A stretch of DNA of 64,000 bases from Candidatus Undinarchaeales archaeon (GTDB taxonomy: Archaea > SpSt-1190 > JASMDC01): the NCBI GenBank assembly GCA_030753015.1, contig JASMDC010000006.1, positions 80,563-144,562 of the forward strand, given 5' to 3'. The first letter of the stretch is position 1. Each line of letters begins with the position of its first letter. This document shows, piece by piece, positions 41,123 through 50,668 of the stretch. A model generated the notes under the pieces. It was not told where the DNA came from and did no database searches. It was given only the letters and a program-made list of their open reading frames with translations. A program made the position numbers and the translations under genes.

Positions 41123-42163
41123 ATGTTCAAGCACCGGACGCCGAGCCTCAAAGTGCGCAAGGCCATGTCCGTGGCCGCCGTGGGCCTCGGTAAGGACTAC
41201 ACCTCCTCCAAGGGCGCTGGCGCGACAAAGGAGCTTGTTGCCAAGGTCTCGCGGATGACTGGGAAGGCCCATGTCCGCCCTGTGTCGAGCGGTAACGGTG
41301 CCATCTTCGCGGCGCTCTTCGTTGCCCCGGGCCCCGTGATGCTGCCCGATACCGGTGGCTGGATCGCGTTCCGAACCCATCCCAAGGTGCTGGGGCTGGC
41401 CACCCACGCACTCGAGACCGACGCGGGTTACATCGACCTCGACCTCCTGAAAAAGCACCTGGACATGAAGAACCCAAAGACCCTCCTCTATAGCGCGTCC
41501 TCAGGGTTCCTTGCGGAGAACGACGGTCGCCACATCGCCGACCTCTGCCGTGACAAGGGGGTCCGGACCATCGAGGACATCACAGGCGTGCTCGGGAGAA
41601 AGGACGCTGGACGGCATGCCGATGTTGTTGTTTGTTCCACCGGTCCCGCCACCGTGGCCAACCTCCTCTCCGGAGGGTTCATCGCCGCTGACAGCGAGGA
41701 GCTCCTGGAGACGGCAAAGTTCGCTCTCTCCCTGGCCGCGCCCGATCCAGTGACCATCGCGGGGATGGTCGCCGCTCTGGACGAGGCGCCTCGAATCTAT
41801 CAGGATCTGGTGGAGACGGCCGACCAGCTCAAGAGCGATCTTGAGGGGTACAGCCAACTCGTGCATCCGCGGCGACGAGGTATCGGTGTCGGCCTTGATC
41901 TGAGCGAGGGTGTGCTCTCCCCCGAGTGGGTGTACAAGCGCTCTCTGGAGCTCGGCCTCCTCACAGAACTGCGCTCACCGCTCATGCTCAAGGGCCCGCG
42001 GTACGATCGACTCGACGTGCCGAGCGTCACCATCGAGCTTAAAAAGGTTGACATCGCGTACTACGAACGGGAGGCGCTGATCGGCCGCCTTGTCGAGGCC
42101 GTCGATGCCCTCCTCAGACCACAGGCCTCCGTAGCTCAGCTGGTCAGAGCGGCTGATTCGTAA
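41123..42163 (+). CDS. Fold-type-I PLP-transferase-like protein of unknown function
   Basis: SSGNGAI, PDTGGW, IEDITG (pyridine-N Asp), STG...SGGFI; TTATAA at 41091. The 3' end overlaps tRNA-Thr. Confidence 0.65.
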   Translation: MFKHRTPSLKVRKAMSVAAVGLGKDYTSSKGAGATKELVAKVSRMTGKAHVRPVSSGNGAIFAALFVAPGPVMLPDTGGWIAFRTHPKVLGLATHALETDAGYIDLDLLKKHLDMKNPKTLLYSASSGFLAENDGRHIADLCRDKGVRTIEDITGVLGRKDAGRHADVVVCSTGPATVANLLSGGFIAADSEELLETAKFALSLAAPDPVTIAGMVAALDEAPRIYQDLVETADQLKSDLEGYSQLVHPRRRGIGVGLDLSEGVLSPEWVYKRSLELGLLTELRSPLMLKGPRYDRLDVPSVTIELKKVDIAYYEREALIGRLVEAVDALLRPQASVAQLVRAADS

Positions 42164-42198
42164 TCAGCAGGTCGCGCGTTCGAATCGCGTCGGGGGCT
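42125..42198 (+). tRNA. tRNA-Thr (anticodon CGT), intron-less, CCA not encoded
   Basis: Acceptor GCCTCCG/CGGGGGC, D arm GCTC..GAGC, anticodon arm GCTGA-TTCGTAA-TCAGC, T arm GCGCG-TTCGAAT-CGCGT, discriminator T followed by a T-tract. Confidence 0.96.
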
Positions 42199-42307
42199 TT
42201 CTTTATGACCACCTAAGCAGAGCTCAGCATACCTGTATACGGTCTCCAGCGGACAAACCGTTATAAGCCACGATTCGCTGTAAGGAAGTCTCTGACGGGG
42301 ATGAGGG

Positions 42308-43138
42308 ATGAGCGGGATGTACGCGGAGTTTGAGAACGCGGGGGCCACCTTTACCGGCGACGTGTTCGAACCGGACATGCCCAACGGCCACGGCGTGGTC
42401 CTCTGTCATGGTTTAGGTACCAACCGTAACGAGCTGTACGACGTAGCAGAAGCGCTCCGGGACGAGGGCTTCGTGGTGCTCGCGTACGACGAGCGAGCCC
42501 ATGGCCAGTCAGAGGGTATCTTCCACCTGGACACCATGGTCGACGACGTCCACGCGGCCCGCAGGTATCTTGAGAACGCATATGACGTTGACCGGATCGG
42601 TATGTTCGGCCATAGCCTCGGTGGCTACCTCGCTGCCAGGGCCGCAGCCGAGCGGGATGGATTCGATGCAGTGGTGACCTGGGCCGCTGCAATTTCACCC
42701 CGGGAGGTGCTGAAGGAGACCCAGCCCTGGTTCGACGTGATTGACGCATGGGTGGACACCGTCGGCCGCCACCTCCACTACTCATCCAGCTACAAGGAGC
42801 TGCGCATCGACGATATGGGCGACTATCTGGCCAACCTCTACGACCGTGATCAGGTCCGAACGGACGACTCGGTGAAGGCTCTTGGCGACGTTCCCTATAC
42901 TCTAATCCAGGGCGATGCTGACAAGGTGGTCTCGATGCACCACGCAAAGGCCATCGCGGCTGCCGCGGACACCGAGCTCGTCGTTGTCCCCGACTGCGGC
43001 CACTCCTGTCTCCCCACTCACTCGGAACCACCCTTCTACCTTCCGGAGCCCGACCGTCCTGAGGCCCGGCGGGAGGTCATTGCAACGGTGGTGGGCCGGT
43101 TCCAGCGGTACCTCGTGGACGCGCCGGGCACCCGATAA
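42308..43138 (+). CDS. Alpha/beta-fold hydrolase
   Basis: CHG, D.RAHGQSEG, GHSLG nucleophile elbow, QGDADKVV, GH. Confidence 0.9.
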   Translation: MSGMYAEFENAGATFTGDVFEPDMPNGHGVVLCHGLGTNRNELYDVAEALRDEGFVVLAYDERAHGQSEGIFHLDTMVDDVHAARRYLENAYDVDRIGMFGHSLGGYLAARAAAERDGFDAVVTWAAAISPREVLKETQPWFDVIDAWVDTVGRHLHYSSSYKELRIDDMGDYLANLYDRDQVRTDDSVKALGDVPYTLIQGDADKVVSMHHAKAIAAAADTELVVVPDCGHSCLPTHSEPPFYLPEPDRPEARREVIATVVGRFQRYLVDAPGTR

Positions 43139-43180
43139 TCCAAAGGGTTTTAATCCTGCTCGACCGTAAAGGAGACCACG

Positions 43181-43420
43181 ATGGCTGACGGAATGATCTC
43201 CATCGCTCTCCGGGCCGTGGGCACGCTCACCCGGTTAGTCAAACCACCCATGCACCGTGAGGTCCCTCTCGGTACCACCGTGCGCGAACTGGCACACTTG
43301 AACGGCGTGGAGGACGGCATGGTGATGCTCGTGTTCGTCAACAAGGCGAAGACGACCTTCGATCGTGTGCTTGAGGACGGGGACGAGGTCGTGCTCTACC
43401 CTATCGTCGCCGGTGGTTAG
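43181..43420 (+). CDS. MoaD/ThiS/SAMP-type ubiquitin-like sulfur carrier
   Basis: 79 aa; FVN...LEDGDEVVLYPIVAGG ending in a C-terminal GG. Confidence 0.9.
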   Translation: MADGMISIALRAVGTLTRLVKPPMHREVPLGTTVRELAHLNGVEDGMVMLVFVNKAKTTFDRVLEDGDEVVLYPIVAGG

Positions 43421-43587
43421 CCTTTCTTACAGCAGACCGGGCACTTCGGGTCCCGCTCTACGGTCATGACTTCCCCGGTGAGCGATGTCGGATCCTGGTC
43501 GAACAGCTTGTTGTAGTGTGGTTCCCCCGCACTGGTGAGGACCTTAACGACCTCCGCACCCTGTGACCGTGGCACAGGGCGCACCAT
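43417..43587 (-). pseudogene. C-terminal fragment of a ThiF/MoeB/UbaA E1-like enzyme (56 codons)
   Basis: Manual translation MVRPVPRSQGAEVVKVLTSAGEPHYNKLFDQDPTSLTGEVMTVERDPKCPVCCKKG matches the ThiF C-terminal pattern QaaEvvK.l.g.Gep....L...D......v.rdP.CPvC. Confidence 0.65.
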
Positions 43588-43649
43588 CACGTTTTTAAAT
43601 CAGCCTCCGTACCCCGCCCCCTGCCACAGGACGGGAACGGGTCATTGCC

Positions 43650-44705
43650 ATGGAAGGTAAGATGCGAGCTGTCATGAAGGTCCGGCCGGAGTACGATGGG
43701 ACCGAGATCGTAGAAGTTGACATTCCCAAACCGGGCCCTACTGAGGTGCTCATCCGGAACAAGTGCGTGTCGATCTGCGGTACTGACGTCCATATATTCG
43801 ATTGGGACCCGTGGGCACAGGGCCGGATCAAGACCCCGCTCATCTACGGGCACGAGTTCGCCGGTGAGATCGTCGAGGTGGGTTCTGCGGTCACCAGCGT
43901 AAAGGTGGGCGACCAGGTTTCCGGCGAGTGCCACATCGTGGACAACCGGTGCGAGATGTGTCAGTCAGGTCGGGCCCACATCTGTGACAACGTGGAAATA
44001 TTCGGTGTGGACCGCACTGGTATCTTCGCAGAGTACTGCTGCATACCGGCATTCAACGTGTGGGTCAACGATCCCACGCTCCCCCCCGAATTCTGCTCCG
44101 TGCAGGACCCTCTGGGAAATGCCGTGCACACGGTCTTCTCCACGAACGTATCGGGACAATCTGTGGCGATCCTGGGAGCTGGCCCCATCGGGCTCATGGC
44201 CACTGCCGTGTGCAAGGTCTGCGGTGCCTCGGAGATCTACGTCGTCGAGGGGAACAACAAGTACCGGGCCAAGCTCGCCAGGAAGGTGGGCGCCTACAAG
44301 ACCTTCCTCGCCTCTGAACAGGATGTAGAGAAGGAGATCCTCGAACGTACCAATGGTGCGGGTGTCGATGTCGTGCTGGAGATGTCGGGCAACGCCCATG
44401 CGTTCAACACGGGCCTGCGGATCCTCAAGAAGGGAGGTCACTTCGCGATCCTCGGAGTGTACAAGGAACCGATCCCGATCGACATCACCGACATGGTGGT
44501 ATTCAAGGGCATCACGATGGTGGGTATCACAGGCCGCCACATGTTCAAGACCTGGCAGATCACCAAGAACCTCCTCAACATCCCCTCGCTCTGCGAGGAC
44601 CTGTCCACCATCATCACCCACAACATGCCCTTCGAGGACTTCAAGAAGGGTATGGAGATCATGCGCTCCGGGCAGAGCGGTAAGGTAGTGCTGTCCCTGG
44701 AGTGA
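43650..44705 (+). CDS. tdh: L-threonine 3-dehydrogenase (Zn-MDR)
   Basis: SICGTDVHI..WD.WA, GHEFAG, SGECH, DPLGNAVHT, GAGPIG, LEMSG, GITGR.MF.TW; adjacent to kbl. Confidence 0.93.
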   Translation: MEGKMRAVMKVRPEYDGTEIVEVDIPKPGPTEVLIRNKCVSICGTDVHIFDWDPWAQGRIKTPLIYGHEFAGEIVEVGSAVTSVKVGDQVSGECHIVDNRCEMCQSGRAHICDNVEIFGVDRTGIFAEYCCIPAFNVWVNDPTLPPEFCSVQDPLGNAVHTVFSTNVSGQSVAILGAGPIGLMATAVCKVCGASEIYVVEGNNKYRAKLARKVGAYKTFLASEQDVEKEILERTNGAGVDVVLEMSGNAHAFNTGLRILKKGGHFAILGVYKEPIPIDITDMVVFKGITMVGITGRHMFKTWQITKNLLNIPSLCEDLSTIITHNMPFEDFKKGMEIMRSGQSGKVVLSLE

Positions 44706-44743
44706 ATCACCGTCACGGTCACAACGACATGGAGGGAGGAGAC

Positions 44744-45925
44744 ATGCGCGACTCTAAGGCATTCCTGAAACAGGAGTATGAACGACTGGTCAACGAGAAC
44801 CTCGACTGGCATCTCAAGGTGCTTGAGGGGCCGAGCACCCCCCGGTGCACCATCGATGGCCGTGATGTCATCATGCTCTGCTCTAACAACTACCTCAACC
44901 TCTCCAACCACCCGAAGATAAAGCAGGCGGCCATTGACGCCATCAAGAGCCACGGGGCCGGTTCGGGGTCCGTGCGGGCCATCGCCGGGAACATGGACAT
45001 CCACGAGGTACTGGAGGCGCACCTGGCCCGGTTGAAGGACGTCGAGGCAGCCCTGGTGTACCAGACCGGGTTCGCGGCCAATGCAGGTCTCGTCCCCCAG
45101 CTCGTGGGGGCCGGCGACATCATCATCTCCGATGAGCTCAACCATGGCAGCATCATCGACGGCGTCCGTCTCTCCAAGGCCGACAAGGGCGTGTACGCCC
45201 ACAACGACATGGCCGACCTGGAGCGGGTGCTGAATGACGCTGACAAGGACTTCAAGCGCATCCTAATCATCACCGACGGTGTGTTCTCCATGGACGGCGA
45301 CATCGCTCCCTTGGACAAGATCGTCAAGCTTGCCGAGGAGTTCGGCGCCATGACATACGTTGACGACGCCCATGGTGAGGGTGTCATCGGCGATGGCGGT
45401 CGCGGTATCGTCTCTCATTTCGGTCTAGAGGGGCGAGTCGACGTGGAGATGGGGACCTTCTCAAAGGCGTTCGGTGTAGTCGGTGGCTATGTTTCGGGCA
45501 CCCAGGACCTGAAGAACTTCGCCCTGAACAAGTCGCGCACATGGCTGCTCTCCGGCTCGCATCCGCCGGCCGTCGCGGCCGCCTGCAACGCTGCCATCTC
45601 CGTGCTGGAGGACGAGCCACAGCACCACAAGACCTTGTGGGAGAACATCCGCTACTTCAAGGCACAGCTCGAGTCCATGGGTTTCGACTGCGGCCACTCG
45701 GACACGGCCATCACACCGGTAATCGTGGGCGAGTCGAAGAACGCCAAGGCCCTGTCCGACGCCATCATCGCCGACGGCGTGTTCGCCCTCCCCATCCTGT
45801 TCCCCATGGTGGCAAAGGACAAAGCACGCATCCGCACAATGATGAACGCCGGGCACACCCGTGAGGACCTAGACACCGCGCTCGAGGTCCTGGAGCGCAA
45901 CGGGAAGAAGCTGGGCCTCATCTGA
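44744..45925 (+). CDS. kbl: Glycine C-acetyltransferase (2-amino-3-ketobutyrate CoA ligase)
   Basis: CSNNYL, SDELNHGSIIDG, TDGVFSMDGD, VDDAHG, GTFSKAFG, ARIR; GGAGG RBS. Confidence 0.9.
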   Translation: MRDSKAFLKQEYERLVNENLDWHLKVLEGPSTPRCTIDGRDVIMLCSNNYLNLSNHPKIKQAAIDAIKSHGAGSGSVRAIAGNMDIHEVLEAHLARLKDVEAALVYQTGFAANAGLVPQLVGAGDIIISDELNHGSIIDGVRLSKADKGVYAHNDMADLERVLNDADKDFKRILIITDGVFSMDGDIAPLDKIVKLAEEFGAMTYVDDAHGEGVIGDGGRGIVSHFGLEGRVDVEMGTFSKAFGVVGGYVSGTQDLKNFALNKSRTWLLSGSHPPAVAAACNAAISVLEDEPQHHKTLWENIRYFKAQLESMGFDCGHSDTAITPVIVGESKNAKALSDAIIADGVFALPILFPMVAKDKARIRTMMNAGHTREDLDTALEVLERNGKKLGLI

Positions 45926-45947
45926 AGATTAACGGAGGCCCGCTATC

Positions 45948-47090
45948 GTGGAACCCAGGCGCATCGGGTTCGTGATGAATCCCATTGCCGGTATGGGTGG
46001 ACGCGTGGCGCTCAAGGGCACCGATGGTGTGGTGGACGAAGCCCGGGCTCGGGGTGCTGAGCCCGTGGCGCCCGGCAAGGCCCGGGAGACGATGGACGCC
46101 TTAGTGCAGCTCGCCGAGAACAAGCCCCTGGCCATCGAGTGGGTGACCAGTGCAGGGGCGATGGGCGCTGACGCTCTCTCGGTCCTTCCAGATGCACGGA
46201 TCGAGGTTATCCACGAGCATGCTGACGCCACCTCCGCCGTGGACACGACGGCGGCCGTCCGGGCTTTCCTGGAGCGCGGGATCGAGCTCGTCGTGTTCTG
46301 CGGTGGCGATGGCACGGCCCGTGACATAGTATCCGTGACAGGGACATCGGTCCCAGTGCTCGGGATCCCCTCGGGCGTGAAGATGTACTCGGGTGTGTTC
46401 GGTATACATCCTGCAAGCTGTGCACAGGTCATCTGGGATTTTCTCCACGGCCAGGTGGGGATGGCTGATGCAGAGGTACTGGACCTGGACGAGGACGCGT
46501 TCCGGAACGACCGGGTCGAGGTCCGGCTCCATGCTGCTGCCAGGACGCTCGCAGAGCCCACTTACATCCAGTCAGGGAAGATGGGGTTCGAACGCGTTGA
46601 TGAGGATGAACTCAAGGACGAGATGGCGATGACGGTCGTGTTCGAGATGAAACGGAATCCGGACACCCTCTACATACTCGGCTCGGGCTCAACCGTGGAG
46701 GCAGTGGGCAGACGCCTCGGGCTCGGGCTCACGGTATTGGGCATCGATGTCGTCCTGGACCGGAAGATCATTGCTAAGGACGCGGATGAGAAGACCCTCC
46801 TGAACATCCTCGAGGAGCATGCTGACCGGCCCCGCTGCCTTGTGCTCACACCTATCGGCGCCCAGGGATTCATCCTTGGCAGGGGGAACCAGCAGCTCTC
46901 ACCACAGGTGGTCCATACGATAGGCATGGACAGTATATTGATACTAGCAACGGCCTCGAAGCTGGCGAAGACGCCCGTCCTCCGCGTGGACACCGGCGAT
47001 CCCGGTCTGGACCGGGAGTTCACCAAGAAGGGCTATCTTCGGGTGACGGTCGGGTTCAACACTGTCCGGATGGTGAAGGTGGAGGGCTAG
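45948..47090 (+). CDS. ATP-NAD kinase / AcoX-like family protein
   Basis: NPIAGMGG.VALKGTDG, GGDGTARD, GIPSGVKMYS, QGFILGRGNQQ, VDTGD. Confidence 0.88.
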   Translation: MEPRRIGFVMNPIAGMGGRVALKGTDGVVDEARARGAEPVAPGKARETMDALVQLAENKPLAIEWVTSAGAMGADALSVLPDARIEVIHEHADATSAVDTTAAVRAFLERGIELVVFCGGDGTARDIVSVTGTSVPVLGIPSGVKMYSGVFGIHPASCAQVIWDFLHGQVGMADAEVLDLDEDAFRNDRVEVRLHAAARTLAEPTYIQSGKMGFERVDEDELKDEMAMTVVFEMKRNPDTLYILGSGSTVEAVGRRLGLGLTVLGIDVVLDRKIIAKDADEKTLLNILEEHADRPRCLVLTPIGAQGFILGRGNQQLSPQVVHTIGMDSILILATASKLAKTPVLRVDTGDPGLDREFTKKGYLRVTVGFNTVRMVKVEG

Positions 47091-48262
47091 ACCCCCTCCA
47101 ACACCCGATACACCTCGCCCGCTCGCTCCCGCAGCCGCGACAGCGCATCGTCGACCGATCGTCCCTTGGCAAGGACCGTGCACACGGGCTCGCCTTGTTC
47201 GAGCGGCGTTCCGGGTGCCGGGCGGTCGGACACGTCCGACAGCTTCGGTGCGGCGCCGTCCGCTCTGGCGTACACGATCGCTTTCCCCCAGACCTCGGTC
47301 CCGGGACGCGGCAGCTCGTCGGGCAGGCGTCCCCGACACGCCTCGACGTGGAGACGACCGATGGAAACGTCGAGGGCGCGGTCGAGCGTATCGACCGTAG
47401 ACTGGGTGCGGGGATTGACCTCGAACACGACCACTGAGCCGTCTCGGACAGCGAAGTCGATGCCGAAAGAGCCGAGTAGACCGAGGCGGACCGCCAACAT
47501 CGAGCCCAAGGCAACCAGTTCGTCGTGCACCTTCTCAGGCACGGGGGCGGGGGAAATGCATCCGCAGAATTGGTATCCGTCCACCCCCAGCCACGGCTCT
47601 CCCAGGAGCTGGCGGTTCGTCCCCACGAGGAGCGCTCGTTCGCTGTCGGCAATGAAGCTCGCCGACAGGGGTGCACCGGGCACATGCTCCTGGACGAGGA
47701 ATCCCTCTGGCGGGATGTCCTGGGGGACACCGCAACATCCGCTGGTAGAATCGTCCTCCCAGGTAGGGAGCTCATCCGGATGCTTGACGAGACGTACGCC
47801 CACCCCCGCCGAGCCCACTGGTGGTTTGACCACACAGGGAAATCCTATCCGTTCCGCGGCCTCTTCGATATGCTGCGTGTCTTGCATCCAAACCGTGCGG
47901 GGGAGGGGGATACCAATTGCCTTGAGCGCACTCACGTCCTTGGCCTGTCGCATTGCCTCTGGCGGAGTGCCCAACACCTCTCCCTTCAGTCCTTCCAGCA
48001 CCTTTGGATCACGGTCGAAACCTGACGTGGGGACGAAGGTCGTGCAGCCCGTTCGCTCCGCCAGACCGTTGGCAAGTGCTACCAACTTGCCGGCATCGTA
48101 GTCGGAGGTACCCTCCTCATCGGCCAGAGCGAGCACCAGCTCAGCGGCAACGCGGAGGTCCCCGTCACCGAACACGTCCGCGGCAGCGACTGTGAATCCT
48201 GCACTAACAAGGGACTCCACGACCGGCCTGGTATTCATTCCAAGCGCGATGAGGTCGACCAC
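47087..48262 (-). CDS. ATP-grasp protein (COG2232-like, associated with archaeal C1-cofactor genes)
   Basis: DVFGD.D, VVKP..GSAGVGV, VQEHVPG, GSFGIDF, EVNPR.QST. GTG start about 25 nt below TATAAA; the ORF extends to 48286. Confidence 0.82.
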   Translation of the reverse strand: MVDLIALGMNTRPVVESLVSAGFTVAAADVFGDGDLRVAAELVLALADEEGTSDYDAGKLVALANGLAERTGCTTFVPTSGFDRDPKVLEGLKGEVLGTPPEAMRQAKDVSALKAIGIPLPRTVWMQDTQHIEEAAERIGFPCVVKPPVGSAGVGVRLVKHPDELPTWEDDSTSGCCGVPQDIPPEGFLVQEHVPGAPLSASFIADSERALLVGTNRQLLGEPWLGVDGYQFCGCISPAPVPEKVHDELVALGSMLAVRLGLLGSFGIDFAVRDGSVVVFEVNPRTQSTVDTLDRALDVSIGRLHVEACRGRLPDELPRPGTEVWGKAIVYARADGAAPKLSDVSDRPAPGTPLEQGEPVCTVLAKGRSVDDALSRLRERAGEVYRVLEGV

Positions 48263-48365
48263 GTGATATGGGACGGACACGAACATTTATACTCTGACGT
48301 GTTCATCTCAAGCGCGGCCAGGCGCCGGACAAAGACATTAATTTGATGGGCGCTTCCACACAGCA

Positions 48366-49259
48366 ATGACTACATCCCTCATCATCCCCGCCTACGACGA
48401 GGAGGAAGCGCTCCCCCACGTCCTCGATGAGGTTATGGGAATAGTCGATGAGGTAATCGTCGTCGACGACGGATCTACCGACGGCACGTCGTCCTGTGCA
48501 CGCAAGGACGGAATCACCGTCTACCAACACGACGTTAACAGAGGGAAGGTGGCCGCAATCCGTACCGGTGTCGGACATGCTACGGGCGACATAGTCGTTC
48601 TCATGGACGCAGACCATACCTACCCGGCCGAGCATATCCCCCAGATGGTGGCGTCGATCGAACAAGGGGCCGATCTGGTCCTCGGGTCCAGGTTCATGGG
48701 AAGAAGTACGGCAATGCCATTCCTGAACCGGGTGGGGAACCGCATCTTCTCCTTCATTATCTCTTATGTCGGAGCCACCACCATCACCGATGGGCAGACG
48801 GGCTACCGCGCCTTCCGGCGGGAGATGTTCGAGAAACTCGATGTGGAAGCCACGGGACTTGAATGGGAGACAAAGATGACCGTGCGGGCCCAGAAACTCG
48901 GTTATACCATCAAGGAGGTCCCCATCACCTACCGACCACGGATCGGCAGGTCGAAGCTCAATCCACTGCGGGATGGTATCCATATGTTCATGGCCTTGGC
49001 CTCGATCTTTGTGCGGGAGACCTCCTTACTGGCGGGCTCGATAATCCTCCCTAGCGTGCTACTTGGCGTCATTGGGCTCGCCTTCGGCCTCATCTCGCTG
49101 TACGAGAAGTTCGCCTACGTCACCCTGCGCCATGAGTACTTTCCACTCATCGCGACGCTGTTCATCCTCCTTTCCATCCAATTATTCTCACTGGGATTCC
49201 TCCTCGACCACTTGATTAAGCGATTAGACAGGATCGAGGAGCGGTTGAAGGAGCGTTAG
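48366..49259 (+). CDS. Glycosyltransferase family 2 (DPM1-like, two C-terminal TM helices)
   Basis: IIPAYDEE, VDDGSTDGT, NRGK, MDAD.TY, VLGSRF, D.QTGYRA, EVPITYRPR.G.SKL. Confidence 0.92.
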   Translation: MTTSLIIPAYDEEEALPHVLDEVMGIVDEVIVVDDGSTDGTSSCARKDGITVYQHDVNRGKVAAIRTGVGHATGDIVVLMDADHTYPAEHIPQMVASIEQGADLVLGSRFMGRSTAMPFLNRVGNRIFSFIISYVGATTITDGQTGYRAFRREMFEKLDVEATGLEWETKMTVRAQKLGYTIKEVPITYRPRIGRSKLNPLRDGIHMFMALASIFVRETSLLAGSIILPSVLLGVIGLAFGLISLYEKFAYVTLRHEYFPLIATLFILLSIQLFSLGFLLDHLIKRLDRIEERLKER

Positions 49260-50668
49260 GCGCTCTTCCCTTCTAGTGCCGACGCTTCTGTGGGAGGGGT
49301 CAGAAGGAGGAGCACGACCACAAGGCTCGGCCAGAGGTGCAGGACGAGGCGGTCCAGTGATGTCTGCAGGTGCCAATGAAGGGGATATGGTGTGGTCACG
49401 TACACGAGTCCATACCCCACGACCATCAGCGCGAGGGCAAGGAGCGCAGTGGTCGGCCCCGACGCCAAGTCCCTTTCGGTCCCTGAAAGGTACAGATACA
49501 GGGCCAGCACGAGCGTTGGAGGGACAGCCAAGTTGCCGAACCAGAGGATTCCCGTGGTGAGCGCCCACCACACCCGAGCGTGCCGAGATGGATCCAAGAG
49601 GGCGTCGAGCGTGCTGTCCGCTCCCTGAGCGGCTACTAGGTCGTTCGGCGGAGCGAGCATGCCCTTGAAGAGGACGATCATCACAAGCGGGACCAGGGCC
49701 CCTGTCGTGAATGGGAGCATCGTGCGCAACGACGGTTGCCATCCTCTGGAGTGGGCCACGATGACGAGGCGGGCGGCCACGATCGCAACAAAGAACAACA
49801 GGCCCTCGTTCTTCGTCCAACCTGCGAGCCCTGCCATCGTCCCGGCAAGGATCATCAGGGGACGTCTTTCGCCCGGGCCCTTGTCGTGAAGACAGATGAG
49901 CACAAGGGTCGCCAGGATGTAGAACGCCAGATGAACATCAGCGTACTGGGTGGTCCCATGGAGGAAATAGAACGGTGTCCCGACAAGGAGCAGGCAGGCC
50001 ACAAGAGCTTGGTCACGACCGCGGAGCAGGCTGAGCGCGGACGCGGTCAGGCCGATAGTGGCAAGGGTGAACAGGAGGGAGATGAGCGCGGGTAGGACCG
50101 TCACATCGGCGCCAGCGTATCGCCAGCACCTTGCGATGAGCCCCGGGACGAGCAATGGATAGTCGAGGTGCGGTACATCGAGGAGGGGCGAGAAGCCGTC
50201 CTGCCAGTTCTCGCCACCCTTGACAAGGAACCGAGCGCGAAGGTTCCATACGGCCCATGCATCCCATCGCCCGTGGGGTTGGGCTAGGCTCAATAGAAGG
50301 AAGGTGAGGCAGGCGATGGCGAGGACGGACCAGAGGCAGAGGGCGCGGACGTCTGATGTCAGGAGTTCCTCCAGAATCCTTGAAGGAACGATGCTCTTCC
50401 CCCGTTCGCGGAGCGCTCCCCAGAGGACCGCCGCCGAGCCAGCGAGCACCGCCGTCTCCATCATGACGAACGGTCCACCAGCGAGCCCCGGGATGAGCAG
50501 GTGGAGGAAGAAGACGCATGATGCGAGCCCGAGCCCCATGCCCACAGCGAGGCATACCATAGCGACGAGGAGTGATGGAGAGTCATCCGCCTCGGGACAG
50601 GAATGACGGAGGAGAAGGTACGCTACTATGATAGGGCCGAACACCGAGACCGCGAGGGAGACGATCAT
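49256..50668 (-). CDS. Multi-pass membrane protein, GT-C-like (copy 1)
   Basis: About 12 TM segments; WDAWAVWNLRARF, HLDYP, YAD, TKNEG, DRL motifs; paralogous to 55653-57077. Confidence 0.75.
   Translation of the reverse strand: MIVSLAVSVFGPIIVAYLLLRHSCPEADDSPSLLVAMVCLAVGMGLGLASCVFFLHLLIPGLAGGPFVMMETAVLAGSAAVLWGALRERGKSIVPSRILEELLTSDVRALCLWSVLAIACLTFLLLSLAQPHGRWDAWAVWNLRARFLVKGGENWQDGFSPLLDVPHLDYPLLVPGLIARCWRYAGADVTVLPALISLLFTLATIGLTASALSLLRGRDQALVACLLLVGTPFYFLHGTTQYADVHLAFYILATLVLICLHDKGPGERRPLMILAGTMAGLAGWTKNEGLLFFVAIVAARLVIVAHSRGWQPSLRTMLPFTTGALVPLVMIVLFKGMLAPPNDLVAAQGADSTLDALLDPSRHARVWWALTTGILWFGNLAVPPTLVLALYLYLSGTERDLASGPTTALLALALMVVGYGLVYVTTPYPLHWHLQTSLDRLVLHLWPSLVVVLLLLTPPTEASALEGKSA

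Noticed and set aside
42125-43600. Integrative element inserted at tRNA-Thr
   Set aside because: No integrase in the window and no duplicate of the tRNA 3' end noticed.
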